A stretch of DNA of 40,948 bases from Dialister sp. (GTDB lineage: Bacteria; Bacillota; Negativicutes; Veillonellales; Dialisteraceae). The stretch spans positions 1-40,948 of the forward strand of contig JAJWRZ010000001.1 in the NCBI GenBank assembly GCA_021633965.1. The letters run 5' to 3'. Shown piece after piece: positions 21,620 to 30,477 of the stretch. The first letter of the stretch is position 1. Every line of letters starts with the position of its first letter. The notes under the pieces are model-generated. The model searched no databases. It saw only the letters and a list, made by a program, of their open reading frames with translations, and was not told the origin of the DNA. Made by a program: the position numbers and the translations under genes.

Positions 21620-21685
21620 GGGACTTGCAGCTCTCATAGGAGTGACCGGGAAACCTTATCCCAGCTGTCTTTCATGCCATAGTCA

Positions 21686-21797
21686 CCCTATCCGCCCCTT
21701 TCGGGCACCTTCCCCTAGAGGGGAAGGCTGCGATACGGGAATACCATCTTCTAGCGGCGAAGCCGCCACGAGAGCCCTGAACCTTGAACCCTGAACC
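21686..21797 (-). repeat. Variant of module A with an intact REP-like double hairpin and a GGTTCAR heptamer array
   Basis: Minus strand GGTTCAG GGTTCAA GGTTCAG GGCTC..GTGGCGGCTTCGCCGC...CCTTCCCCT-CT-AGGGGAAGG-TGCCCGAAAGGGGCGGATAGGG; 19 bp identical to 39768-39786. Confidence 0.8.
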
Positions 21798-21814
21798 AAA
21801 TGAAAGCAAAGTAA

Positions 21815-21860
21815 AAAGAGGCTGTGAAGAAATGAGGATTCATTTTTTCACAGCCCCTTT
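21815..21860 (-). terminator. Long palindrome acting as nhaA terminator
   Basis: 21-bp arms matching 19/21, 4-nt loop, T-tract on the minus strand, 36 nt past the nhaA stop. Confidence 0.75.
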
Positions 21861-21896
21861 ACTTATAAAAGCGCAGATAACGCCAAAGGATCCGGC

Positions 21897-23096
21897 TTAA
21901 GTCCTATTTTCTTGCTTCCTGTCTTCACTGATCTTAAAGACGAACGAACCGACAAGGCCTGAGAGGATGGAGGCAGTCACGATCGCTGCCTTCGCAGAGG
22001 TGAGCTCTGCGGGATCCGAGAAGGAGAGCGAAGCGAGGAAGATAGACATCGTGAAGCCGATGCCCGCCAGAATGCTTGCGCCCAGGTAGTGCATCCACTT
22101 GGCCCCTTCCGTTTTTTTGGCAATGCCCAGCTTCACCATCAGGAAAACGGTCGTAAAAATACCGAGAGGCTTTCCCAGAAAGAGTCCGGCGATGATGCCG
22201 AGGCCGATCGGGGAAGCAAGGGACGCAAAGCTTTCGCTCGTCATCGAAATACCGGCATTCCCGAGTGCAAAGATCGGCATGATAAGGAATGCCGACCAGG
22301 GGGACAGCTTATGTTCCCACAGGTGCAGCGGATGGGAGTGCTGGGTATTTTCCGTGCCGGCCGGGATCAAAAAGCCTGTCAATACGCCTGCGACAGTCGG
22401 GTGAATGCCCGCCTGATAGAAAGCATACCAGGTCAGTACGCCGCCCAAGACATAGGGCAGCGGATGATGAACATTTCTCCAGGAGAAGAGTGCCATCAGC
22501 ATGAGCACCGCAAGGCCTGCGCCGAGTGCGGTCCAGTGGAGCTGCGTGCTGTAGAAAAGGGCAATGACGACGATCCCACCCAGATCATCCACGATCGCAA
22601 GTGCCGTCAGGAAGACGATCACGCTTCTTGGCACACGCTTGGCTGCAAAGGCAAGCACGCCCAGCGAAAAGGCGATGTCGGTCGACATGGGGATCGCCCA
22701 GCCCTGCGCGGTGGGACCACCCATATTGAAAAGGCTGTAGAGCGCCGCCGGTATCAGCATACCGCCGACCGCTGCCGCAATAGGGAGCAGGGTCGCAGAG
22801 AGCGACTTCAGCTCGCCGAAAAGAAATTCCCTTTTGATCTCCATCCCGACGACAAGGAAAAAGATCGCCATCAGGCCGTCATTCACCCAGTGCAGGAGTG
22901 ACATGTCCGGCAGCAGCGGCAGATCTACGAAGAGGTGCAGTGCATGCTCATAGGTCTCCGCCATCGGCGAATTGGCCAGCACCATCGCGATGATCGTCGC
23001 GAGCATCAGGAGCAGACTGCCTGCAGACTCCTGCCTGATAAATTCAGCACAGGCACTATTCAGCTGGTTCATTCGGTACTTCGTATAGTCAATCAT
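21897..23096 (-). CDS. nhaA: Na+/H+ antiporter NhaA
   Basis: WVNDGLMAIFF..VGMEIKRE, GWAIPMSTDIAF, LAIVDDLG, GKPLG, GIGFTMSIF; start at ATG 23096 (GTG 23111 alternative). Confidence 0.96.
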   Translation of the reverse strand: MIDYTKYRMNQLNSACAEFIRQESAGSLLLMLATIIAMVLANSPMAETYEHALHLFVDLPLLPDMSLLHWVNDGLMAIFFLVVGMEIKREFLFGELKSLSATLLPIAAAVGGMLIPAALYSLFNMGGPTAQGWAIPMSTDIAFSLGVLAFAAKRVPRSVIVFLTALAIVDDLGGIVVIALFYSTQLHWTALGAGLAVLMLMALFSWRNVHHPLPYVLGGVLTWYAFYQAGIHPTVAGVLTGFLIPAGTENTQHSHPLHLWEHKLSPWSAFLIMPIFALGNAGISMTSESFASLASPIGLGIIAGLFLGKPLGIFTTVFLMVKLGIAKKTEGAKWMHYLGASILAGIGFTMSIFLASLSFSDPAELTSAKAAIVTASILSGLVGSFVFKISEDRKQENRT

Positions 23097-23244
23097 CGTT
23101 TCATCTCCCACTTCATAGATATAAATTCATTCCATAGTTTTTGCATGCATTGGAGTGCATGTTTCTCATTATACATGATTTATTATGATATGAAAAGAGG
23201 GAATTTTAACTTTTTTCATCTTTCTGCAAATGAAAATGGCATCC

Positions 23245-23276
23245 AAAAAGCACCCTTGCTATTGCAAGAGTGCTTT
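23245..23276 (-). terminator. Terminator of the tRNA operon
   Basis: AAAGCACTCTTGC-AATA-GCAAGGGTGCTTTTT. Confidence 0.85.
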
Positions 23277-23280
23277 GTCT

Positions 23281-23357
23281 TGGTGACCCAGGAGAGATTC
23301 GAACTCACGACCCACCGCTTAGAAGGCGGTTGCTCTATCCAACTGAGCTACTGAGCC
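23281..23357 (-). tRNA. tRNA-Arg (anticodon UCU)
   Basis: Cloverleaf GGCTCAG...ACCGC-CT-TCT-AA-GCGGT...TTCGAAT...CCA, 77 nt. Confidence 0.95.
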
Positions 23358-23360
23358 ATA

Positions 23361-23436
23361 TGGTCGGGGCAGCCGGACTCGAACTGGCGACCCCCTGCTC
23401 CCAAAGCAGGTGCGCTACCAACTGCGCTATGCCCCG
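23361..23436 (-). tRNA. tRNA-Pro (anticodon UGG)
   Basis: Cloverleaf CGGGGCA...CCTGC-TT-TGG-GA-GCAGG...TTCGAGT...CCA, 76 nt. Confidence 0.95.
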
Positions 23437-23448
23437 TTACGATTAAAT

Positions 23449-23477
23449 ATTATATAGTATGAGAGAACGTAAGTCAA
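23449..23477 (-). promoter_or_regulatory. Sigma-A promoter of the tRNA pair
   Basis: TTGACT-17 nt-TATAAT, 12 nt before tRNA-Pro. Confidence 0.85.
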
Positions 23478-23517
23478 GAAGAAAATTTTAGAGGTACAAT
23501 GCAGGAGTAGCGGGTTC

Positions 23518-23782
23518 TAAGGAAACACTGATTCAATGGGTTCAAAAGAATTGGAGCGGCGAAATCAGTGACTGATAGCTGGTGACTAGGGATTAGGGAT
23601 TAGGCGCTTCAAGCGGCTAGTCCCTTGAATGCTCCTTTCCGGCATCGCCCCATATGTATCCGCGGAGAAGCCGCCACCTTCATTTCTCGTTCCTCATTCG
23701 AGCAGAATTTTCATTCGCAATCGAGGGAGCGACACGCCTCACGGGCTATCCCTAGCCACCAGTCACTAGTCACCAGCCACCC
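23518..23782 (-). repeat. Composite element: truncated MITE end, heptamer arrays and module A (minus orientation, 23634-23748)
   Basis: TAAGGAAACACTGATT at 23518; arrays at ~23569-23603 and 23750-23781 are inverted relative to each other; core matches the copies at 30125, 32059 and 39768. Confidence 0.85.
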
Positions 23783-23812
23783 AAAAGGGGCCCGCTTTAA
23801 GGGGCCCCTCTT
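23783..23812 (-). terminator. Terminator at the end of the LPS/Lpt cluster
   Basis: AGGGGCCC-8 nt-GGGCCCCT-TTT immediately after the stop at 23813. Confidence 0.75.
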
Positions 23813-24256
23813 TCATACTTTTTTATGTCCTACATCTTCTGCTTTGACGATGCCAAGGTAGATGCATCCGATGATCCATGCCACGTAGTCATCCACCGGC
23901 ACGGGGACGCTTCTCATCCCCTTGGGGATGAGGCGAGCAAGGCCTTTGGCCGGGTGGTCTTTCCAGTACCACTGCTCCCCCATTTCCGTCGTGTATTTCT
24001 CATCGACGAGCGTGACGGGGATCTCGCGTCCGAGTTTTCTGAGAAGTGCTTCTGTCCGCTCCTGCATGACCTCATGGCGTGTGCCGTTTCCCATGGCTAG
24101 CGCGAAGATCTCTTTCCCGGTGAGCAGTCGCGCCAGCTCCTGCTCATAGTCCACGGTGCGGACGATGCATTTCTTTTCGAGCGTCCCATCCGCATGGACG
24201 AGTGCGACGCCTGTTTTATCCCGCCCGGGATCAATGGAGCAGAGAAGTCCCTTCAT
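23813..24256 (-). CDS. YqgF/RuvX-like RNase H-fold protein
   Basis: SIDPGRDKTGVA, MGNGT, VDEKYTTE, PVPVDD acidic motifs; ATGA overlap with the upstream gene. Confidence 0.8.
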   Translation of the reverse strand: MKGLLCSIDPGRDKTGVALVHADGTLEKKCIVRTVDYEQELARLLTGKEIFALAMGNGTRHEVMQERTEALLRKLGREIPVTLVDEKYTTEMGEQWYWKDHPAKGLARLIPKGMRSVPVPVDDYVAWIIGCIYLGIVKAEDVGHKKV

Positions 24257-25440
24257 GGACGCAGCACCTCCACATCGATGGTCAGCGGGCCTTTCGTGTA
24301 GATATCACTGTGTGCTGTCACCTTGAGCTCACACTGCCCGCTGCATTCCTTGACCTTCTGGATGACTTCGACAAGCTCCTGTCCGTCCAGGACACCGACC
24401 TTGCCGGTGATCGGATCCGGGAGGATCCCCTGTGCCTGCGCGTAGTGATTCAGATCCTGCAGGAAACGCAGCACCTGCATCTCATAGTTTTTGCTGTCCT
24501 TATACTTATCCAGACCGCCTTTATAGATGACCTGTCCCTGTCTGAAGACGAGAAGGTTATCATGGATATCGAAATCTACCACGAGGCGTTCGCCTAAGAT
24601 GAGATTCTGTGCGGCAACGACACGGACGAGCTTTTTATGTTTTGCGCCTGTCACCTGCGCCACCGATTCGTCAAAGTCTCTCTGGCTCATGCGGACGAGA
24701 TTCACACTCTCATCGGTGATGTTCAGTCTTTCCTTCAGCATGCCGTTGATGTCGGCAAGGACGCTCTTCAGCACCTCTCTTGATCGGTTCTCATCCATAT
24801 CTTCATCGACCACGACGCTTGTCATCACCTGGCCCGCCTGGAAGACCACCTGTCCTTCACGCAGTGCGTAGATGTTTTTGATGAGCTGCTCTTTTTCTTC
24901 ATTCAGTGTGGCTATATTTCCTGTCAGCTCTTCGCGGATCTTTTCCAGCTCTGCGATGTCTTCTGCAGACTGCTCGACACCGGCTTTCGCCTCATCATAC
25001 GCCTGCTGTACGGAGGAGAGCTCACTCTCCATGAAGACACGCTGGCCTTCGACTTCATCCAATCGCTTGGATGTCTCTTCGGCCTTCCGGTTCACGTCTT
25101 CATACTCTTTGTTGCGTGCTTCGAGCTGCAGCTTGCCCTTCTCGAGCTCGCGGTTCTTGACTTTGATCTCCTGATTCAGATCCTGCATCTCGCTTTGCAG
25201 CTTGGAGAGACCGAAGAGAGCCACACGAACATTTTCATTCACGACGGCCAGCACGGCGATGGTGAAGAAGGAAATCAGAATACCGGAAATGATCGTCACG
25301 ATCACGGAGGTGTACTTCGGACGAAGCCCGAAGAGCGTCATCCGCTTCTTACCGACCTTCGATCCGATCCGATCTCCCAAAAAGGCGATCAGCCCGCCCA
25401 TGGCGATCAGGATCAGAAACATGAATATGCCGATAAACAT
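24253..25440 (-). CDS. DUF3084-like membrane-anchored coiled-coil protein
   Basis: GGLIAFLGDRIGSKVGKKRMTLFGLRPKYTS, two N-terminal TM helices, long coiled coil. Confidence 0.8.
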   Translation of the reverse strand: MFIGIFMFLILIAMGGLIAFLGDRIGSKVGKKRMTLFGLRPKYTSVIVTIISGILISFFTIAVLAVVNENVRVALFGLSKLQSEMQDLNQEIKVKNRELEKGKLQLEARNKEYEDVNRKAEETSKRLDEVEGQRVFMESELSSVQQAYDEAKAGVEQSAEDIAELEKIREELTGNIATLNEEKEQLIKNIYALREGQVVFQAGQVMTSVVVDEDMDENRSREVLKSVLADINGMLKERLNITDESVNLVRMSQRDFDESVAQVTGAKHKKLVRVVAAQNLILGERLVVDFDIHDNLLVFRQGQVIYKGGLDKYKDSKNYEMQVLRFLQDLNHYAQAQGILPDPITGKVGVLDGQELVEVIQKVKECSGQCELKVTAHSDIYTKGPLTIDVEVLRP

Positions 25441-25468
25441 AGTAAACCTCCTTTGCGATGGAAAACGA

Positions 25469-25712
25469 GTTCAGGGTTGATGGGTTCAGGGGCAGTGCAT
25501 CAAATAATAGAAGCATCGCGAGATTTTAGAAGGGACGATGCCCTAAAATCTGCGGAATGGCAGGATTCCCGTTTAGGACTTTCGCGCATGGTTTGATTGA
25601 CCGCGAACGAAAAAGATTCCTCCACTTCGGTCGGAATGATGATACGGGGAACGGCAGAAGTCTAAAATCTGATTTCTAATCTCTAGTCCCTAGTCACCAG
25701 TCACTAGTTACT
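25469..25712 (+). repeat. Composite element: degenerate module B left arm, module A tail, module C hairpin and heptamer array
   Basis: GTGCATCAAATAATAG resembles 20787; CGATGCCC; 25562-25650 aligns with 30274-30361; CTAGTCA-type array at 25655-25712. Confidence 0.75.
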
Positions 25713-25719
25713 TCAAACA

Positions 25720-26805
25720 CTACCGATCCGCTCTGCGGATCAAGAGACAGCCCATGGCGAGGGCGATGAAGTTCGGCAGCCAGACGGCCCAGAAGGGCGG
25801 GAGCATGTGGCCCTTACCCAGAGCTTCGAGGAATGTCATGATGGCGTAGTATACGAAAATAATGACCACGGAGAGGCCAAAGCCGATGGAGGAAGAGGAG
25901 CGCTGCTTCTGCACGCCCAAGGGGGCGCCGACAAGGGCAAAGACGAAGCTGGCCATCGGCAGTGAGAAGCGGCGATAGACCTCCATAATGACGCCCGTCG
26001 CATCTGCATGCGCCGCGGTGTACGCCTTCTGTGTGACAAGAAGTTCCCGAATGGTCATTTCATCGAGTTTTTTCGACTCGCGCGGGATCTCTGAGGGCGA
26101 CATGGCATACGGGATTTCCTGACTTTCGAAATGCATCATGCGTTCCACGCCTTCTCCGGTAAGGTCGTAAATGATCCCATCGGTCATGCGCCATACGCCA
26201 TCCTGCCAGACTGCCCTCGGTGCATTCTCGACATGGATGACCTTTTCATCTTCAAATTCCTGCACGGTGATATTCTCAAGCTCTTTGGTATTCGGATTGT
26301 AGCGGCGCGCATAGAGAAGGTGCGCGATCTTGCCGTTCTGCACATCGCGGATGACGACATGATCCGTGACGCCCGGATTCAGGTTCTTTTTGATCTCCGT
26401 ATTCACCACATAGTCATACTCGCGGTTTGTCCACGGCACGACGTATTCATTGAAGGCCACGGCGCAGAGAGAGATCAGAAACGCTACCAGAAAGACCGGC
26501 AGTGCGAGGCGGAAGAAGCTCTGCCCCGAGGTACGCATGACGATGAGCTCGCTCGCCCCGGACAGACGGGAAAAGCACATGAGTGAGCCTAAGAGTACGG
26601 CCATCGGGAAGGTATAGACGATGATGCGCGGCAGTGCGAGGATGAACACCTTCACTGCCGATATCGCAGATGCCCCATATTGAGAGACAAAGCCCGCGAT
26701 CTTCAAGAGCGTATCTGCCCCGAGAAAGATCGCCGTAAAGGCGGCAACGCCAAATAAAAAGGGAGCCAAAAATTCTTTTAATACGTACTTGTCCAGAAGT
26801 CTCAT
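25720..26805 (-). CDS. LPS export permease LptF/LptG
   Basis: LLDKYVLKEFL, RLSGASELIVMRTSG, RFSLP, WLPN; follows lptB. Confidence 0.93.
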   Translation of the reverse strand: MRLLDKYVLKEFLAPFLFGVAAFTAIFLGADTLLKIAGFVSQYGASAISAVKVFILALPRIIVYTFPMAVLLGSLMCFSRLSGASELIVMRTSGQSFFRLALPVFLVAFLISLCAVAFNEYVVPWTNREYDYVVNTEIKKNLNPGVTDHVVIRDVQNGKIAHLLYARRYNPNTKELENITVQEFEDEKVIHVENAPRAVWQDGVWRMTDGIIYDLTGEGVERMMHFESQEIPYAMSPSEIPRESKKLDEMTIRELLVTQKAYTAAHADATGVIMEVYRRFSLPMASFVFALVGAPLGVQKQRSSSSIGFGLSVVIIFVYYAIMTFLEALGKGHMLPPFWAVWLPNFIALAMGCLLIRRADR

Positions 26806-26836
26806 CAGAATTTCCCTCCCTGTCTTTCTTCTTGAA

Positions 26837-27559
26837 TCATAAGCTGAAATTTTCCCCCAAATAATGTTTCCTTGCTGTGGGGTTCACAGCGATATCATCT
26901 GCCTTGCCGGAAAGCAGGATCTTGCCGTCGGAGAGGATGTATGCTTTGTCTACGATGCGCAGCGTCTCACGGACATTGTGATCCGTGATGAGGATGCCGA
27001 TGCCGCGAGTCTTGAGGTGCATGACAACGCTCTGGATATCCTCGACCGCCAGAGGGTCGACACCGGCGAATGGTTCATCCAGCAGGATGAAGGAAGGATC
27101 GAGCGTGAGGGAACGCGCGATCTCCACGCGCCGCCGCTCACCGCCGGAGAGCGCATCGCCCCTCGTGTCTTTGACATGGGTGATATGAAATTCCTCCAGC
27201 AGCGCTTCCGCTTTTTCTATTTTCGCCTTCTCGCTGAGATCCTTGCGTGTCTCCAGGAGAGACATCAGGTTATCCCAGACGGTCATCTTTCGGAATATGG
27301 AGGCTTCCTGCGGCAGGTAGCCGATCCCGAACTGGTGGCGCTGGTGGATGGGCATCCCGGAAATAGAACGCCCGTCTACGGTCACATCGCCCTCATCAGG
27401 CTGGATGATGCCGACGATCATATAGAAGGTGGTCGTCTTGCCGGCCCCGTTCGGTCCAAGGAGACCGACGATGGAGCCTTGCTCGACTTCTACATTCACA
27501 TGATCGACGACGGTGCGGCTGCCGTAGCGCTTGATCAGATCATGAGTTTCTATCTTCAT
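26837..27559 (-). CDS. lptB: LPS export ABC ATPase
   Basis: GPNGAGKTTTFYM, YLPQEASIFRK, LSGGERRRVEIAR, LLDEPFAGVDP, ITDHNVRETL. Confidence 0.97.
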   Translation of the reverse strand: MKIETHDLIKRYGSRTVVDHVNVEVEQGSIVGLLGPNGAGKTTTFYMIVGIIQPDEGDVTVDGRSISGMPIHQRHQFGIGYLPQEASIFRKMTVWDNLMSLLETRKDLSEKAKIEKAEALLEEFHITHVKDTRGDALSGGERRRVEIARSLTLDPSFILLDEPFAGVDPLAVEDIQSVVMHLKTRGIGILITDHNVRETLRIVDKAYILSDGKILLSGKADDIAVNPTARKHYLGENFSL

Positions 27560-28398
27560 TTGTTATCCTTGATTTCTAACGGGCTGCCTGCATATTCGGG
27601 ACGGCCGGCGATCGGTGTCGCCTGATTGACCGGCCCTGCGGGAACCGATGGCTGAGAGTCTCCCTCTCCGCCTTCTTCTGACGGACTCTTGGTATTCGTG
27701 ATGGTGATCGTACTGCGGCCTGTTGTCTCGACGACCTTGTCCGCATCACGGAGCACGAGCTCCGGTCCTTCAAAGGTATTGCCATTCTGGTTCACCCAGG
27801 CGTTGCCGGAAAGCACCATCTTTCCGTCGGTGCCATCCTGTCCGGAACGGGTATAGACGGCCTGATCCCCATAGCCCACCGCGTTGTTTGCCGTGCTGGT
27901 GAGATCCACGCCGCCTGTCGCAACGACTTTGATCTGCTTCAGGTTGCCTTCGATATGCGGCGCAGAAAGGGTGCCGTCAGCGGTCTCGAGATAACCATTG
28001 CCTTCGATCTTGCCGAATCCCGTAGCCGCATTGTACATCACATCGTCTCCCCGCAGGATGCGATGCTCCGAAAGGTCTACGAAATCCACGCTGCCGATGC
28101 CGCGAGCCGTCCTGTCTTTATAGAGGTACATTTTCTCTGCCGTAAGCGTGCTCTGTTCTTTGACATATTTCACGCCGCCTTCCAGGAAAGCACTCCGATC
28201 TTCGAAATGATATTCCCCATTCGTGCCTGTGATGGTAGCGCCTTCATTGGCGTGAATCACCACATTTCCTTTCGCGCTGACCACCTTGGTCTTGCCGTCG
28301 TAGGTCAGTACATCAGCTGTGATGTCATCGGCCATCGCCGTCCCCATCGCGCCCAAGCTTACGGCTGCCAGCATGAGTGCTGTATAGAAAGTTTTCAC
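27556..28398 (-). CDS. lptA: LptA/OstA-like periplasmic beta-jellyroll protein
   Basis: Signal peptide (AMA/D), ITADVLTYD, AKGNVVI, LSGNAWVNQNGN; between lptC and lptB. Confidence 0.75.
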   Translation of the reverse strand: MKTFYTALMLAAVSLGAMGTAMADDITADVLTYDGKTKVVSAKGNVVIHANEGATITGTNGEYHFEDRSAFLEGGVKYVKEQSTLTAEKMYLYKDRTARGIGSVDFVDLSEHRILRGDDVMYNAATGFGKIEGNGYLETADGTLSAPHIEGNLKQIKVVATGGVDLTSTANNAVGYGDQAVYTRSGQDGTDGKMVLSGNAWVNQNGNTFEGPELVLRDADKVVETTGRSTITITNTKSPSEEGGEGDSQPSVPAGPVNQATPIAGRPEYAGSPLEIKDNK

Positions 28399-28940
28399 TG
28401 TGCATCCTCCTTATCTGCCAGTCTCGCATGGCCTTTCGCTGTAATCTTTTCCAGTACGCGATCTGCCGTGAAGCTGTCGGCCGTCAGTACGCGGCCATCC
28501 TTTTCTGCCGTAAAGAATTCATCGGTCGAAAGAATGTCTGTATGGCCATCGTAGGTCAGGTTCTTCGCATGAAGCACCATGCCGTCACTGGACGTGCCTT
28601 CCACATGCCCCTCGACATGGACCTTCTTCTGCTTCCTGTCGTAATGTCCCTGATCGGCATTGAGCTTCAGCTCATTGCCATCCTTAAGGAAATACGCTTC
28701 GATGCCTTCCATGTCGGCCGAGTTCTTATCCCGGCTCATGCTGACATGCTTCGCCTTGATGCGCCAGACAGACTGTCCATCCTTGTCTTCCTTCATTTCG
28801 ATATTGGAAAACTCCATGGCCGGCCCGTCGGACTTGGCGCTTCCCTTTTCATGATGGTCATCCTTGAAGAGAAAATAGATGCCAAGCGCTGCCAGAAGTA
28901 TGACGAGTACGATGAGGATGCTCTTTTTATTTCTGCTCAC
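28395..28940 (-). CDS. lptC: LPS export protein LptC
   Basis: Single N-terminal TM helix, then E.KDG..W.I.A and L.AD.G.YD beta pattern; synteny. Confidence 0.8.
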   Translation of the reverse strand: MSRNKKSILIVLVILLAALGIYFLFKDDHHEKGSAKSDGPAMEFSNIEMKEDKDGQSVWRIKAKHVSMSRDKNSADMEGIEAYFLKDGNELKLNADQGHYDRKQKKVHVEGHVEGTSSDGMVLHAKNLTYDGHTDILSTDEFFTAEKDGRVLTADSFTADRVLEKITAKGHARLADKEDAQ

Positions 28941-29923
28941 GACTTGCCTCCTCTGATTTCATTCCAGTCTTCGCTGATGCCGGGGGCGAAACGCTTCTTC
29001 TCTTCCTCCGTCAGCTCCATATACATCTTGATGCGTCCCGGCCGCGTCCAGAAGAGATGCTGGAACCAGAGCCAGTCAGTGGGATGTTCCTTGATGAAAT
29101 CTTCCATGATCGTCGCCATCTTTTGTGCATTCGTCATGAGATCCTTCTTCGTATCCCCGGTCTCTTCATAATAGAACGGCTTGCCGATACAGATCGTATG
29201 CCCCTTCCCGCCTTCATTTCTCACGATGAAGAGCGGCAGGATCGGCGCCTTGAATTTTCTGGCAAAGACGCAGGGCCCCTGCGGGAAGGAGAAGACGCGG
29301 TTCATAAAGAGCACCGGGATCCCCGTCTCATCCCCGTCCTTGTCGGAGAGGAAGCCCAGAATGTGATTCTTCTTCATCGAGCGCGCCGCTGCGATCATTT
29401 CATAGCCGCCCGTCCCGGTGAGGAAGATGTGCTGCCCCGCGCGGGCGCGGTAGTCATTGATGATCCGCATCAGAGCGTCATCGGCCTGCTTCTTGCCGAT
29501 CGCTGAGGTGTCATAATCATGAAGCGCAAGACCGGCACCGAGCCATTCCCAGTTTCCCATATGCGCCGTCAGACCGACGATGCCCTTTCTTTCGGCATAC
29601 GCTGCCTTCAGGTACTCCGGATGATCGATCTTCACGTAGTCATCGATATGATCCTTTTCCTTACAGAGGCGCGGCATGTACATCATCTCCATCGCAGACA
29701 TGCCGATGTGCTCGTAGACCTTGTGAAGCAGCTTCTCTGCCTCCTCGCGGCGGATGCCCATGCCCCGCATCATCTGCTCGATCCCGCGGTTTCTCTGCTT
29801 GGCTATGCGGTTCATGATGCATGGCCCCAAAACGCGGCCGATGGACAGGATCCGATCATAGGACATCCCGCACAGCAGGTGACTGATGCCCTTCAAGAGT
29901 CCATATCGTACATTGAATAACAT
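28937..29923 (-). CDS. Lipid A late acyltransferase (LpxL/HtrB family)
   Basis: TAHMGNWEW, FLSD, IKEHPTDWLW. Confidence 0.88.
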   Translation of the reverse strand: MLFNVRYGLLKGISHLLCGMSYDRILSIGRVLGPCIMNRIAKQRNRGIEQMMRGMGIRREEAEKLLHKVYEHIGMSAMEMMYMPRLCKEKDHIDDYVKIDHPEYLKAAYAERKGIVGLTAHMGNWEWLGAGLALHDYDTSAIGKKQADDALMRIINDYRARAGQHIFLTGTGGYEMIAAARSMKKNHILGFLSDKDGDETGIPVLFMNRVFSFPQGPCVFARKFKAPILPLFIVRNEGGKGHTICIGKPFYYEETGDTKKDLMTNAQKMATIMEDFIKEHPTDWLWFQHLFWTRPGRIKMYMELTEEEKKRFAPGISEDWNEIRGGKS

Positions 29924-29940
29924 GGCTGATTCTTCTTTCC

Positions 29941-30105
29941 TAAGGAAACACTGATTAAATCGTTGTCAGATTTCATTCTTGGATTTTTATACAGAGCAAG
30001 GAATCATCTGACGCGAATAGCGAGCTATTTAAGGAGGATGATGACGAAGCTATGTATAAAAATCCATATGAAATCCGGCTCTGCTATTTAATCAGCGTTT
30101 CCTTA
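29941..30105. mobile_element. 165-bp MITE-like element with 20-bp terminal inverted repeats
   Basis: TAAGGAAACACTGATTAAAT / ATTTAATCAGCGTTTCCTTA (19/20); internal perfect 14-bp stem TGGATTTTTATACA/TGTATAAAAATCCA; no ORF. Confidence 0.8.
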
Positions 30106-30124
30106 ATACAAGGGAATAAAATAG

Positions 30125-30458
30125 GGTTCAGGATTAGCCCACGAGGCGTGCCGTCCCTTGACTCTGAATGAAAGCTTTGCTCGAATGAGGAATGAGGAAT
30201 TAGAAATTAGAAATGAATGTGGCGGCTTCGCCGCGAATATATATGGGGCGATGCCCGAAAGGAAGTGGATAGAAGGTTTCCCGTTTGAGAGTACCAAACA
30301 TCGCTTGCTTGGTCGCGAATGACAAAGATTTCTCGCTTACGCTCGAAATGACGATACGAGAGAGTTTCCTAGTCACCAGTCCCTAGTCACTCCTAATCCC
30401 CAATCCCCAATCCCCAATCCCTAATCCCTAGTCACTAGTCACTCAAGATTCCTAATTC
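30125..30458 (+). repeat. Composite element: module A, module C and long heptamer array
   Basis: Module A 30125-30262; hairpin AGATTTCTCGCTTACGCTCGAAATGAC 30326-30352; CTAGTCA/CCAATCC array 30369-30444. Confidence 0.9.
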
Positions 30459-30477
30459 CACGATCGAGCAGCGCTTC

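Noticed and set aside
23281..23436. tRNA as integration site of an island or prophage
   Set aside because: No integrase and no duplicated tRNA 3' end found in the window
30369..30444. Possible CRISPR array or DGR signal in the repeats
   Set aside because: Units are 7-bp tandem repeats with no unique spacers; no cas genes, reverse transcriptase or adenine-specific template/variable pair seen
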